Shown piece after piece: positions 50,833 to 64,000 of a stretch of DNA of 64,000 nucleotides (positions within the stretch are counted from its first letter, which is position 1; each line of letters begins with the position of its first letter). Source of the DNA: Felis catus (taxonomy: Eukaryota). The notes under the pieces were generated by a model. The model searched no databases, was not told the origin of the DNA, and worked only from the letters and a program-made list of their open reading frames with translations. The position numbers were made by a program, and so were the translations under genes. Location of the stretch: positions 117,120,001 to 117,184,000 of the forward strand of contig NC_058373.1 of NCBI RefSeq assembly GCF_018350175.1, given 5' to 3'.

Positions 50833-53800
50833 GATGGCCATTGAAAACATTTTTTTAAATAATTGGGATAGTTTCACAATGGACGTCTTTGCAAGAGCTT
50901 GGAGAGTTAGCCCTTCTGTTTATGTTTCCAATCTCAATACTTTATTAATCATGCTGAAATGAACATTTTGGTGCAGTCATCACATCCCCACCCCTTCTTC
51001 TGGGCACTTTACTAATCCTTATAAATTATAGAGTAGATTAAGTTCTCCGCTATATAGTTTGTAGCATTTAATATCTGCCACCACACTACAAGTTTCATAT
51101 AAGGACCGTGCCTCTTTTTTCAGTGCCGTGCCCTCTAGATGGAACATAATAAATGCTAAGTATATGTTAATGAAGGAAAGAGCAAGTTGTGAGAGGGCGG
51201 CAAAGCTATTATTAAGGTTTTTCCTGTGTATTGCCAAATTACTTTCCAAAAAGTCAATTTACTACCTGTTATAACCTGCTATCACTGGTTATTTATTTTT
51301 TTTTCTTTGCTAAATGGAAAGGCAGAATAGTATCTCAGCATTTTATTTGGTATGTCTTTGATTACCACTAAGATTAGGTATTTTTCATACATTTAAAAAA
51401 TACAGTAAAAAGCACATACCAAAATTTATCATCTTAATGATTTTAGGGTTTACTGTACAATAGTATTAACCATGTGCACATTATTATGCAACAGATCTCT
51501 AGAACTTTTTCATTTCAAACAATTAAAACTATACTTGTTGAACCCTTGTTCCCCTACTTAAAGCCCCTGACAACTCCCATTCTACTTTGTTGCTAAGAAT
51601 TTGACTACCTTTGATATCTCATATAAGTAGAATCATTCAATTTGTCTTTTTGTGATTGGCATATTTCACTTAGCATAATGTTCTCAAGGTTCATCCACAT
51701 TATAGCATATGACAGTTTTTTTCTTCTTTCTTAAGGCTGAATAATATTCCATTGTGTATATGAATCACATTTTACTTATCCATTCATCCATTGATAGACT
51801 TTTTTTTTTTTTACTTTTACCTCTCAGCTATTGTGAATGATTTGTAATGAACATGTGTGCAGATTATCTTCAAGATCCTGTTTTCAATTATTTTGCATAT
51901 ATATCCAAAGTATATGGAGGTGTGATTGCTAGATCATATGGTAATTCTATTTTTAATTTTTTGAGGAACGTGAATGCTGTTTTCCGTAGTAGCTGCATCA
52001 TTTTACATTCCTACTAACAGTGAGCAAGGGTTCCAATATCTCCACATCTTTGCCAATGCTTGTTCTTCTTCCATCTCTCCCTCTATCCCTCCCTCTCTCC
52101 TTCTCTCTCTCTCTCTCTCCCTCTTTCTTTCTGATAGCTGCCATCCTACTGGGCATGGATTAATACCTCATTGTGATTTCGATTTTCATTTCCCTGATAT
52201 TAGGATGCTGAGGATCTTTTCATGTTTGTTGGCCATGTGTATATTTTCTTTGGAGAAATGTCTGTTTCAAGTTTCTTACCCATTTTTAACTGAGTTTCTT
52301 TGTTTCTTTGTTGTCGAGTTTTAGGAGTTCTTTATGTATTACAGATATTAATCTCTTATCAGATACATAGTTAGTAAATATTTCCTCCCTTTTGACTCTG
52401 TTGATTGTTTAATTTGCTGCACAGTTTTTAACTTTGATGTAGTCCTATTTGTCTATGTTAGTTTTCGTGGTATATGATTCTGGTGTTATATCTGAGAAAG
52501 CATTTCCAAATCCAATGTCATGAAGATTTCCCCTATGTTTTTTTCTTAGATTTGTATAGTTTCAGGCCTTACATTTAGGTCTTTCATCCACTCTTAGTTA
52601 ATTATTATGTATGTTGTAAGATAAGGGTCCAATTTCATTCTTTTGTATGTGGATATACAGTTTTCCCAGTACCATGTGTTGGAGAGACTATTCTCTCCCC
52701 TTTGTGTCATCATGGAACCCTTGTTTAAAATCATCTGACTATATACTTGAGGGTTTCTTTCTGGCCTCTCAATTCTGTTACATTGGTCTATATGTCCGTC
52801 TGTATGCCAGTATCGTATTGTTTTGATTGCTGTAGCTTTGTTATATGTTTTGAAATCGGGATATATGAAGCTTCCAGATATGTTTTTCTTTCTCAAGATT
52901 GTTTTGGCTATTTCAGGTCCTTTGCAATTCCATATGAATTTTAGGATTGTTTTTTCTGTATCTGCAAAAATTGCCACTGGGGTTTTGATAGAGGTCCCTG
53001 TGAATTTATAGATCTCTTTGGGTAGTATAGACATTTCGGTAATATTGTCTTCCAATTCATGAATATGAGATGTCTTCTCATTATTTGCATTGTCTTTAAC
53101 TTCTTTCAGCAATGTTTTATGGATTTCAATTTATAAATTTTTTGCCTCCTTTGTTAAGTTTATTCCTAAGTATTTTATTGCTTCAATAAATGGGATTATA
53201 AATGGGATTATAAATGGGATTGTTTTCTTAATTTCCATTTCCTTTTAATTTAATTCCTTAATTTCCTTTTAGTTGTTTATTGTTTGTATACAAAAACACA
53301 ACTGATTTTTGCCTGTTGATTTTGTATTCTGCAACTTTGCTTAATTTATTTACTGGAACAGGTTTTTTGTTTTGTTTTGTTTTGTTTCCCCAAGGAATTT
53401 TTAGTTTTCTGTATTGTGCCTTCAGTGAAGAGAGGTCATTTTACTTTTTCCTTTCTAATTTGGGTGTCATTTATGTCTTTTTCTTGCCTACTTGCTCTGG
53501 CTAACACTTCCAGTACTATACTAAGTAGAAGTTGTGAAAGTGGGCACCCTTGAGTTGTTCTTGTACTTAGAGGAAAAACTTTCACTTTCTCACCACTGAG
53601 TATGATGTTTGCTGTGAGCTTTTAATATATGGCCTTTATTATGTTGAGATAATTTTCTTCTATTTCTAGTTTGTTGTGTATTTTTACCATTAAAATGTGT
53701 TGAATTTTGTTAAAAGCTTTCTCTGCATCAATTGAGATGATCATGTGGTTTGTATCCTTTATTCTATTAATGTGACATTGACTGATTTTTCACATGTTGA

Positions 53801-54107
53801 ACTACCCTTGCATTCCAGGAATAAATCCCACTATCATGGTGTATCATCCTTTTAACATGCTGCTGAATTCTGTTTGCTAGTATTTTGTTGAGAATTTTTC
53901 ATCAATATTCATCAAGGATATTGGTCGGCCGTTCTTTTTTTTTTTTTTTTCTTTTTTTCTTTTGTAGTGTCCTTATCTGGTTTTGGTATCAGGATAATGG
54001 GCCTCATAAAATGAATTTGGAAGTGTTCCCTCTTCATTTTTGGAGGAATTTGGGAAGGATTGGCAAAATTCTTTAAACTTGGGTAGAAAAAAAAAAACGT
54101 TAAAAAA

Positions 54108-54320
54108 GGGGCACCTGGGTGGCTCAGTTGGTTAAGCATCCAACTCTTGATTTCAGCTCAGGTCATGATCTCAGAGTGTGTAAGATCGAGCCCTAAGTCG
54201 GGCTCTGTGCTGACAACATGGAGCCTGCTTGGGATTCTCTCTCTTCCTGTCTTTCTGCCCCTCCCATGTTTGCATGTGCTCTCTGTCTCTCAAAATAAAT
54301 AAATAAACAGGTTAAAAAAA
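54108..54320 (+). mobile_element. Can-SINE
   Basis: Full SINE within L1. Confidence 0.92.
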
Positions 54321-55844
54321 TAGACTTTTGGTAGAATGCTCAAGTGATACCATCTGGACTTGGGCTTTTCTTTGTTGGAAGGTTTTTGATCACTGATTCA
54401 ACTTCCTTACTAGTTACATAAGTCTGTTCATATTTTATATTTCTTCACGATTCAGTCTTGGCAAGTTGTATGTTTATAGGAGTTTAAACATTTCTTCTAC
54501 ATTATCCAACTTGTTTGTATGTAACTGTTCATAGTAGTCCCTCATGAATCTTTTAATTTCTGTGGCATCAGTTGCAATGTCTTCTCTCTCATTTCTAATT
54601 TTCGTTATTTTGTTCTTCTCTTTTTTTCTTATTCTAGATAAAATTTGGTCGATTTTGTTGATTCTCTTCAGAGAACCAACTTGTAGTTTTTTCAACTTAT
54701 CCTATTGTTTTTCTGTTCTCTATTTCACTTATTTCTATGCTAATCTTTACTTTCTTCCTTTGCTAACTTTGGGTTTAGTTCTTTTTCTAGTTCCTTAAAG
54801 TGTGAAGTTCCATTGTTGATTTGAGATCTTTCTTCCTTTTTAGTGTAGACATTTACTACTATAAAATTTCCTCTTACTACTACTACTGCTACTGAAGCAT
54901 CCTATAAGTTTTGGGATGTTATGTTTTCATTTTCATTTGTATCGAGATAGTTTCTAAATTTTCCTGTGATTTCTGTTTTGAGCCCTTGCTGTTCGAGAGC
55001 GGGTTGTTTAATTTCCACATATTTGGTAACTTTCCAGTTTTCTTTTTGCTGTTAATTTCTAGTTACATACTGTTGTGGTCAGGAAAGATACTTGATATGG
55101 TTTCACCCTTCTTAAATTTAAGACTTGTTTCTGACCTAACATATGATCTATCCCAGAGAATGTTCTGTGTGTGCTTGAGAAGAATGTGTATTCCATCATT
55201 GTTGGGTGGAGTGTTCTGTATAGGTTTAATTATGTCCTTTTCCTCTATAGTGTTTTTTGAGTCCTCTATTTCCTTATTTACTTTTTTTGTTGTTCTATAT
55301 GTTATTGAAAATGCAATACCGAAATCTGCTATTATTATGTTACTGTCTATTTTTCCCTTGTAATTCCGTCAATGTTTGCTTCTATATTTGGGTGCTCTGA
55401 TATTAGGTGCATATATATATGTTATATCTCCTGGTGAATGGACACTTTTATCATTATATAATATTCTTCTATGTCTTGTGACATTTTTTGACTCTTATTT
55501 GATATAAATATGACTACTCTCTTTTGGTTACCATTTGCACAAAATACCTTTTTCTATTCTTTCACTTTCAGCCCATGGGTGTCTTTATATCTAAAGTGAA
55601 TCTCTTACAGATAGCATATAATTGGATCTTGTCTTTTAATCCATTCAGCCACATTATGTCTTTTGGTTAGGGAATTTAATCCATTTATAGATATTTTATT
55701 TGTGATACCATGGGGACTACATAAAACATTTTATAGTTACAATATTTTCTAAACTGATAACAGTTAAACTTAAATCACATAGAGAAACTCTACTCCTTTA
55801 CATCCTCCCTCCCAACTTATGTTATTCATGTCAAAATTTACATC

Positions 55845-56063
55845 TTTTTTAAAAATTTATTTTGAGAGAGAGAGAGAGAGAGAGCGCACAAATAGGGGAA
55901 GAACAGAGAGACAGGAAGAGAGGGAGAATCCCAAGCAGGCTCCACACTCTCGGTGCAGAGACACAGAGCCCAATGTGGGGCTCAAACTCACAAACCCTGG
56001 GATCATAACCTGAGCTGAAATCAGAGTCCGGCACTTAACTGACCGAGCCACCCAGGTGCCCCC
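55845..56063 (-). mobile_element. Can-SINE
   Basis: TSD aaatttacatcttttt/aaatttacatattttt. Confidence 0.92.
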
Positions 56064-56281
56064 AAATTTACATATTTTTAATATTTTGTATCCATTAATA
56101 GTTTTATAGTTCTTCTTTATACTTTCACCTTTAAAATGATTTACTACCATTACAGATTTACAGGATTCTGTATTGGTTTATATATTTATCTTTAATAGAG
56201 AGCTTTATATTTTTGTATGCTTTCAAGTTGCTGTCTAGTGTCCTTGCATTTGAACTTGAATGACTCCTTTTAGTATTTCTT

Positions 56282-58881
56282 CTTTTTTAAAAATTTTTTT
56301 AATTTATTTTTAATTTTTAATTTTATTTTTTTAAATTTACATCCAAATTAGTTAGCATATGGTGCAACAATGATTTCAGAAGTAGATTCCTTAATGCCCC
56401 TTACCCATTTAGCCCATCCCCCCTCCCACAACCCTTCCAATAACCCTCTGTTTGTTCTCCATATTTAAGAGTCTCTTATGTTTTGTCTCCCTCCCTGTTT
56501 TTATATTATTTTTGTTTCCCTTACCTTATGTTCATCTGTTTTGTCTCTTAAAGTCCTCATGTGAGTGAAGTCATATGATATTTGCCTTTCTCTGACTAAT
56601 TTCACTTAGCGTAATACCTTCCAGTTCCATCCACGTAGTTGCAAATGGCAAGATTTCATTCTTTTTGATGCCCAAGTAATACTCCATTGTGTACACATAC
56701 CATATCTTCTTTATCCATTCATCCATCGATGGACATTTGGGCTCTTTCCATACTTTGGCTATTGTTGATAGTGCTGCTATAAATATTGGTGTCCCTTCGA
56801 AACAGCATACCTGTATCCCTTGGATAAATACCTAGTAATGCAATTGCTGGGTCATAGGGTAGTTCTATTTTTAATTTTTTGAGGAACCTCCATACTGTTT
56901 TCCAGAGTGGCTGCACCAGCTTGCATTCCCACCAACAATGCAAAAGAGATCCTCTTTCTCTGCATCCTCACCAACATCTGTTGTTACCTGAGTTGTTAAT
57001 GTTAGCCATTCTGACACATGTAAGGAGGTATCTCATTGTGGTTTTGATTTGTATTTCCCTGATGATGAGTGATGTTGAGCATCTTTTCATGTGTTGTTTG
57101 GCCATCTGGATGTCTTCTTTGGAGAAGTGCCTATTTATGTCTTTTGCCCATTTCTTCACTGGATTGTTTTTTGGGTGTTGAGTTTGATAAGTTCTTTATA
57201 GATTTTGGATACTAACGTTTTATCTGATATATTGTTTGCAAATATCTTCTCCCATTCTGTCGGTTGCCTTTGAGTTTTGCTGATTGTTTCCTTTGCTGTG
57301 GAGAAGCTTTTTATTTTGATGAGGTCCCAGTAGTTCATTTTTGGTTTTGTTTCCCTTGCCTCTGGAGACGTGTTGAGTAAGAAGTTGCTGCAGGCAAGAT
57401 CAAAGAGGTTTTTACCTGCTTTCTCCTTGAGGATTTTGATGGCTTCCTGTCTTACATTGAGGTCTTCTATCCATTTTGAGTTTATTTTTGTGTATGGTGT
57501 CAGAAAGTGGTCCAGGTTCATTTTTCTGCATGTCGCTGTCCAGTTTTCCCAGCACCACTTGCTGAAGAGACTGTCTTTATTCCATTGGATATTCTTTCTT
57601 GCTTTGTCAAAGATTAGTTGGCCATATGTTTGTGGGTCCATTTCTGGGTTCTTCAAGATTGCTTTGGCTATTCAGGGTCTTTTCTGGTTCCATACAAATT
57701 TTAGGATTATTTGTTCTAGCTCTTTGAAGAATGCTGGTGTTATTTTGATAGGGATTGCATTGAATATGTAGATTGCTTTGGGTAGTATTGACATTTTAAC
57801 AATATTTGTTCTTCCTATCCAGGGTCATGGAATATTTTTCCATTTTTTAATGTCTTCTTCAATTTCTTTCATAAGCTTTCTATAGTTTTCAGTGTATAGA
57901 TTTTTCACCTCTTTGGTTAGATTTATTCCTAGGTATTATACGGTTTTTGGTGCAACTGTAAATGGGATCAATTCCTTGATTTCTCTTTCAGTTTCTTCAT
58001 TGTTGGTGAATAGGAATGCAACCAATTTCTGTGCATTGATTTTATATCCTGCAACTTCGCTGAATTCATGAATCAGTTCCAGCAGTTTTTTGGTGGAATC
58101 TTTTGGGTTTTCCATATGAAGTATCATGTCACCTGTGAAGACAGTTTGACTTACTCCTGGACAATTTAAATGCCTTTTATTTCTTTGTGTTGTCTGATTG
58201 CAGAGGCTAAGACTTCCAATACTGTGTTGAATAACAGTGGCAAGAATGGACATCCCTTTCTTGTTCCTGACCTTAGGGGGAAAGCTCTCTGTTTTTCCCC
58301 ATTGAGAATGATACTAGCACTGGGTCATTCATATATGGCTTTTAGGATCTCGAGGTATGATCCTTCTATCCCTACTTTCTTGAGGGTTGTTTATCAAGAA
58401 AGGATGCTGTATTTTGTCCAATGCTTTCTCTGCATCTATTGAGAGGATCATATGGTTCTTGTCCTTTCTTTTATTGATGTGATGAATCATGTTAATTGTC
58501 TTGTGGATATTGATCCAGCCATGCATCCCAGGTATAAATCCCATTTGGTCATGGTGAATAATTTTTTTAATGTATTGTTGGATCTGGTTGGCTAATATCT
58601 TGTTGAGGATTTTTGCATCCATGTTCATCAGGGAAATTGGTCTATAGTTCTCCTTTTTAGTGGGGTCTCTGTCTGGTTTTGGAATCAAGGTAATGCTGGC
58701 CTCATAGAAAGAGTTTGGAAGTTTTCCTTCCATTTCTATTTTTTGGAACAGCTTCAAGAGAATAGGTGTTAACTCTTCCTTAAATGTTTGGTAGAATTCC
58801 CGTAGAAAGCCATCTGGCCCTGGACTCTTGTTTTTTGGGAGATTTTTGATTACTAATTTTATTTCTTTACTGGTTATGGGT
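56282..58881 (-). mobile_element. 5'-truncated felid-type L1 (RT domain to 3' end) nested in the older L1
   Basis: ORF2 pieces incl. [48 protein letters not shown] (58329-58757); perfect 17-bp TSD tccttttagtatttctt 56265-56281/58882-58898. Confidence 0.94.
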
Positions 58882-61651
58882 TCCTTTTAGTATTTCTTAC
58901 AAGGCAGGTCTAGTGGTGATGAACTTCTTCAGCTTTTGTTATCTGGGAAAATATTTATTTCTCCTTCATTTTTGAACAGCAGTTTTACCAGATACAGTGT
59001 TCTCAGTTGGCAATTTATTTTTTCCCCCAGCACTTTGATTATCCTACTGTCTTCTTCCCTATAATGTCTGCTACGAAATCCATTGATAATCTCATAGGAG
59101 CTTCCTTGTATGTGATGAATTTTCAAGGGTCTGTCTTTGTCTCTGGTGTCTCAGCATGGATTCTTTAGGCTCATCTTAGTAGGAATTCATTGAGCTTCTT
59201 GAATTTGGTTGTCTGTTTCCTTCCTAGTTCAGGAAGTTTATGGCCATTATTTCTTCAAATAAATTCTCTTATCATCTCCTTCAGGGACTCCCATAATGTT
59301 GTATCTTGGTTCCTTCGGTAGTGTCCCATGAGTCCCTTAAGCTATCTTCACTTTTCTTCATTTTGTTTTCTTTTTGGTGCTCTGACTGGATAATTGCAAA
59401 TGACCTGTCTTCAAGTTCACTGATTTTTTTTTTTTTTATGTTTTATCAAGTTTGTTGTTGAACTTTTCTAGTGAATTTTTCAATTCAGTTTCATTCTTCA
59501 GCTCCAGGATTTCTTTTCGGTTCTTTTTAATAGTTTTTGTCTCTTTGTTGATATTCTCATTATGTTCATTCACTGATTTTCTGATATTCTTGGGTTGTCT
59601 ATCTTTGTTCCTTTAACTTACTGAACTTCTTCAATGAGATAATTTGAATTCTTTTTCAGTTAATTAATAGATTTCCATTTCTTTAAGTTCAGTTCTGGAG
59701 TTTTATTTTGTTCCTTTGATTGGGCCATGTTTCTCTATTTCTTTTTATGCCTTTTTATTTTTGCTAGAATTTGGCCACTTAAAAGGACAGCCACCTCTCT
59801 TAGTCTTTATGGACTGGTTTCATATAGAGGAAGACCACTCATTGGTCAGCCTGGTGAGAGAAACTGGAGACCTCTCCGGCCTTTTCTAAGAATTATCTTC
59901 TCTGGGCTTGTGTGTATAATTTCCCAATCAGAGAGGTTTGCTGACTTCCTTTTTCAGAAATCATTATCACTTACCTTGTCTGGCGTCTCTGCAGTACTAT
60001 AGTTCATTGGTGCAGCAACAAGCCACCAAGGTCTCCTTTGTTCTCAGTGGCCCTCAGGCATTCTGATTATGCCAGTTCCCCACCAGTGCTCTGAGTTAGG
60101 CCCTCTGTGTTAGGCAGCCCCTTGAAAAGTTGGAATATCGGACATACATTATGCTTTTCTCTTTCCTTCCCAATGGAGAAGTTGCAAGTTGGGTGTTTTT
60201 TTCTCAATCACACTAAGCTGTGCCTATCAAGGTTGAAATGCAATGTCATTTTTTTACCAGTTTCAATGTGATTGTTCTTGGCTTTGTGCTTTGCCTGGGA
60301 ACGCTGACTTCTTAACTGATTTCTGGGGTTCTCATAAAAGCTTTCTGGACCATTAATAAATCAGTGCCTAAGGGGGGAATGATATCTGGAGCTTCTTATT
60401 CTGCCATCTTGCTGATGTCACCTCTCAGGAAGATCAAATTTTATACCTTTTAGTGGAGGGGAGTGAAAAGGCCATTGTATTGGGAGTCAGCAGATAAGGT
60501 TCCATGTCTGTTTCTGTAACTAATAGTAGAACCACTGTCACCTTATGAAATGGTTCTAGAGTAGAGATTATAACAGCATATTGTGGCAACCATAAGGGAC
60601 TTTTACTTATTTCCTGCCTAGTCTCAGGGTTTCAATAGTGAAGAAATTCCCTTTAGTAATTTTGGTATTTTTAAAACTGTGAACCTAACAAATGCTTGTA
60701 TATATGTACATTTGCTAATGTAATACATATTACATTTAATACATTATTATAAGCATTCATTAGGTTCATAATTTAAAAACTGTTCTATTAAAATCATCTG
60801 TGACCCATTAATTCTGAGTCATGACTTAACATTTTAGAATATTTCTTTTATATTTTGCATGTACCTGAATAATGTGTTGAAAATTATAGATATTTAAATG
60901 TTTTCCGTACACAGTTCTGTCCACTTTCTGATCACCAAATTTTACTTAATGAACTCTTTTTTTCATGTTAAGCATTTGCTGATTTTTCAATAGCCACATA
61001 TTCTAAAATATGACTTTGTTGTACCTTATTTAACTATATTACCATACCTCATATCTATTTTGGGAACTTATTATAAATATGATCATCTTTGTAGAAATAT
61101 TTGATATGCTTTTGAAATATGCTATTAACTTCAAGTAGATTGCTGGAAATGAGATTCCTAGGTCAAGGAAGGGTATCGATGTGAATGGTTTTACACTATT
61201 TGCCAACTGCTTTTGAAAAAGTGGACCATATCTGTTACATTACTCTTTTTCTTCATTAGTATTTAAACATTTTTATGCTAATTTGATAATGAAATTATAT
61301 TGCATTTTATTTCTGCTCTTTGATTATTTCTTAATGGTTATGTTTTTATGGATGGTTTATTCTTATCCTTTTTGCCCCTGTATTTCTATTGAAATACTAG
61401 AAATTTTTCTTTTAGTTTTTGCTCTTTATGTGTTAGGGTATTAATATTTTCTTAGATTTCTGGTAAATATTTTTTCTTGATTTATCACATATATGGCTTA
61501 TAATTTTATCTCATGTTCTGTCATGTTGAACCCTTTATTTAATCACATTTACACAACTTTCCTTTACTGATTTTCTTCCTTTGTGATTGTGCCTGCAGTC
61601 ATGTCCCAACCGGATATTAGATATATCTCCAGTAGATTTCCTTTTAAGTTT

Positions 61652-61654
<3 letters not shown>

Positions 61655-61703
<49 letters not shown>
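61655..61703. repeat. (AT)n microsatellite
   Basis: Directly visible. Confidence 0.98.
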
Positions 61704-61704
<1 letters not shown>

Positions 61705-61716
61705 GTTTCTGACCTT

Positions 61717-61935
61717 AAAAAATTTTTTTTAAATGTTTTATTTATTTTTGAGACAGAGAGAGATAGAACATGAGCGGGGGAGGGTCAGAGAGAGGGGGAG
61801 ACACAGAATCCCAAGCAGGCTACAGGCTCTGAGCTGTCAGCACAGAGCCCAATGTGGGGCTCGAATTCATGGACCACGAGATCATGACCTGAGCCAAAGT
61901 CAGACGCTTAACCAACTGAGCCACTCAGGTGCCCC
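61717..61935 (-). mobile_element. Can-SINE
   Basis: TSD ctgacctt. Confidence 0.92.
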
Positions 61936-61939
61936 ACTG

Positions 61940-63208
61940 ACCTTCTTCTTGAAGAACTTGTTTTTGAAGAGCTTCTTTGACATTTTTTGCAGGACAGGTC
62001 TGCTAGGAATGAGTTCCCTCAATTTCTTTTTGAGAAAGTCTTTATTTTTTCAATACTTTGAAGGATAATTCTAACTTGGTGGGCTTTTCTTTTCTCCCTT
62101 AACGCTTTAAATATTTCACTCCACTCTCTTCTTCTTGCATGGATTCTGGCAAGAATTCCAATGTCACTCTTATTCATGTTTTTCTATAGGTAAGATGATT
62201 CCTTTCCCCATGGTTTCTTTCAAGATTTTCTGTTTAACTTTGTTTTTTGGTAGTTTGAACATGATAGACTAGATGTAGACTTTCTGACATTTATCCTGTC
62301 AGTGTTCTCTAAGCTTCCTAGATAGTGTTTTGGTGTCTGTGATTAATTTTGGAAAATTCTCAGTCATTAGTACTTCAAATATTTCTTTACTTTGTCCTCT
62401 CTTTCTTCCCTTTCTGGTTTCCCAGTTAAACATGTTACACCTTTGAAATTTCTCCACAGCTCTTGTATGGTTTCCCCTTCTTTCTTTTCCTCCTCTGTTC
62501 CTCTTATCGTCTTCATCCCTCTCTCTTTCTCTCTCCATCTCTGCATTTCTCTTTGGGAAATGGCCATTGACCTATCTTGAAGCTCTCTGATTCCTTTCTC
62601 AGCTGTGGTTGGTCTCTTAGGAGCCCATCAATGGCATTTCTTCATTTCTGTTACAGTGTATTTGATCTCTTTCATTTCCTTCTGATTCTTTCTTAGTGCC
62701 CATCTCTCCACTGATCTTACCTATTTGTCCTTGTATACTGTCTGCTTTGCCCATTAGTGCCCTTAGCATATTAATCATAGTTATTTTTAAATTTTTTGTC
62801 TGAAAATTGCAACATCTATATTATATCTCAGTCTGGTTCTGATGATTGCTTTGTCTTTACAGACTGTTTTTTTTTTTTTTCTTGCCCTTTAGCATACCTG
62901 GTAATTTTTATTGAAAACTGAACATAATGGATTGGGTAGTAGGCCTTTAGTGTGATGCTTTATGGTAATCTGGCTAGAAGCTGGGCAGTGTTTAATGTTT
63001 GCTATAGCTGTAGGTGCTAGAGGCTTAAAATTCCTCTACTGTCCTTAGTTTTGTCTCTCCTTTTGTCTTTGGCATTGCCTAAAAACTCCTCAGATAGAGT
63101 CTATATTTGGCATCCTTTTCAGCTGTAATCTACTCTTATTATACTGGTAAAGTTTCGTGCTAAGGTGTGGGGAAAGGGAAGCATTCTGTGATGTTTACAG
63201 GTATTTCT

Positions 63209-63243
<35 letters not shown>

Positions 63244-63390
63244 CTTCTTTAGATGAGGCAAGAAGGCTAAAGGTATTGGAGTGGGAGAAAGGTCTTTCTC
63301 CTAGGTGGAATAAGGCTATGGTAAAGTCTTTTCTCTTGGAGAGTATGCCTTTCTTACTGAGAATGCTTTGGCCATATTTCACAATGGTTA
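61940..63390 (-). mobile_element. Old L1 (L1MC/MD-type) ORF1/5' region relic
   Basis: Decayed ORF1 phrase EIFEVLMTENFPKLITDTK (62299-62538). Confidence 0.75.
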
Positions 63391-63391
63391 C

Positions 63392-63945
63392 TGATAAGGA
63401 CCGAATGTTTGTGTCCCTCAAAATTCATACAGTTTTTCATTTGCTTCTTTCTTTTTTTTTTTTTTCCTTTGTTCATTTGTTTCTTAAATTCCACATATGA
63501 GTACAATCATATATTTGTTTTTCTCTGGCTTACTTTGCTTAGCATTATCACACTGTATGTTAACTACATTGGAATTAAAAAAAAAAAAATCGTATGTTGA
63601 AGCCCTAGCTGCCAACGTGGTATTATTTGCAGCTGGGACCTTGGGAAGGTGATTAAGGTTAGATGAGGTTATCAGGGTGGGGCTCTGCTCAGATAGGATT
63701 AGTGCCCTTCCAGGAAGAGACATCAGAGAGTTTTTTCCTGCTCTCTTTCTCTGTCTGTCTGACTCTCTTTCTATGTGCACATACCAGGGAAAAGTCATGC
63801 AAACACACAGCAAGATGGTAGTCATCTGCAAGCTGGGAAGAGGGCCTTATGAGAGCATGACAATGCTAGCATCTGATCTTGAATTCCAGCCTCCAGAACT
63901 GTGAGAAAATAAATTTCTGTCGTTTAAGGCACACAGTCTATCATA
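63392..63945 (+). mobile_element. MLT1A-like solo LTR
   Basis: gaatgtttgtgtccctcaaaattcata...tatgttgaagcccta...ccagcctccagaactgtgagaaaataaatttctg. Confidence 0.88.
63430..63584 (+). mobile_element. Tiny 5'-inverted L1 insertion
   Basis: Antisense L1 3'-UTR piece joined to sense L1 terminus cactgtatgttaactacattggaatt+poly(A); TSD aaaattcata/aaaaatcgta. Confidence 0.75.
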
Positions 63946-64000
63946 CAGTTCTTCTCTCTCTGTTGACGCATATGGTTACTCTTCTCTCTCTGCCAGAGCC

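Larger units (their letters stand above)
51392..60426 (-). mobile_element. Near full-length old LINE-1 (L1MA/MB-age), inactive
   Basis: 3' UTR at 51392; ORF2 pieces 52594-53112 and 54474-54695; ORF1 piece 58929-59126; 5' end with CAAGATGGC (plus-strand gccatcttg 60403-60411). Confidence 0.88.

Noticed and set aside
56719..58757. Reverse-transcriptase-like ORFs as an active element or novel RT system
   Set aside because: Ordinary L1 ORF2, 5'-truncated, frameshifted and internally deleted

Overview
Mammalian, not microbial, DNA. The dominant tRNA-derived Can-SINEs match the felid SINEC_Fc type, so the source is most likely a cat-family genome. The window is repeat-rich intronic or intergenic sequence. 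It holds about 32 Can-SINEs, two long old minus-strand LINE-1s each carrying a nested younger felid L1 with target-site duplications (TSDs), MIR/L2 relics, hAT and mariner fossils, several solo LTRs and one two-LTR MaLR provirus. The only recognisable protein-coding sequence is an intact 160-aa RPL21 processed retrocopy (minus strand) inside a nest of SINEs. An 83-nt candidate coding exon (19356-19438, +), a candidate stop-containing exon (40085-40220, +) and strong minus-strand bias of L1/SINEs suggest the window lies in large introns of a plus-strand gene I could not name. I found no evidence of a new biological system; the best leads are the candidate exons and several unusual retrotransposition products. 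Repeat family names come from recalled consensus sequences, and old-repeat boundaries are approximate.
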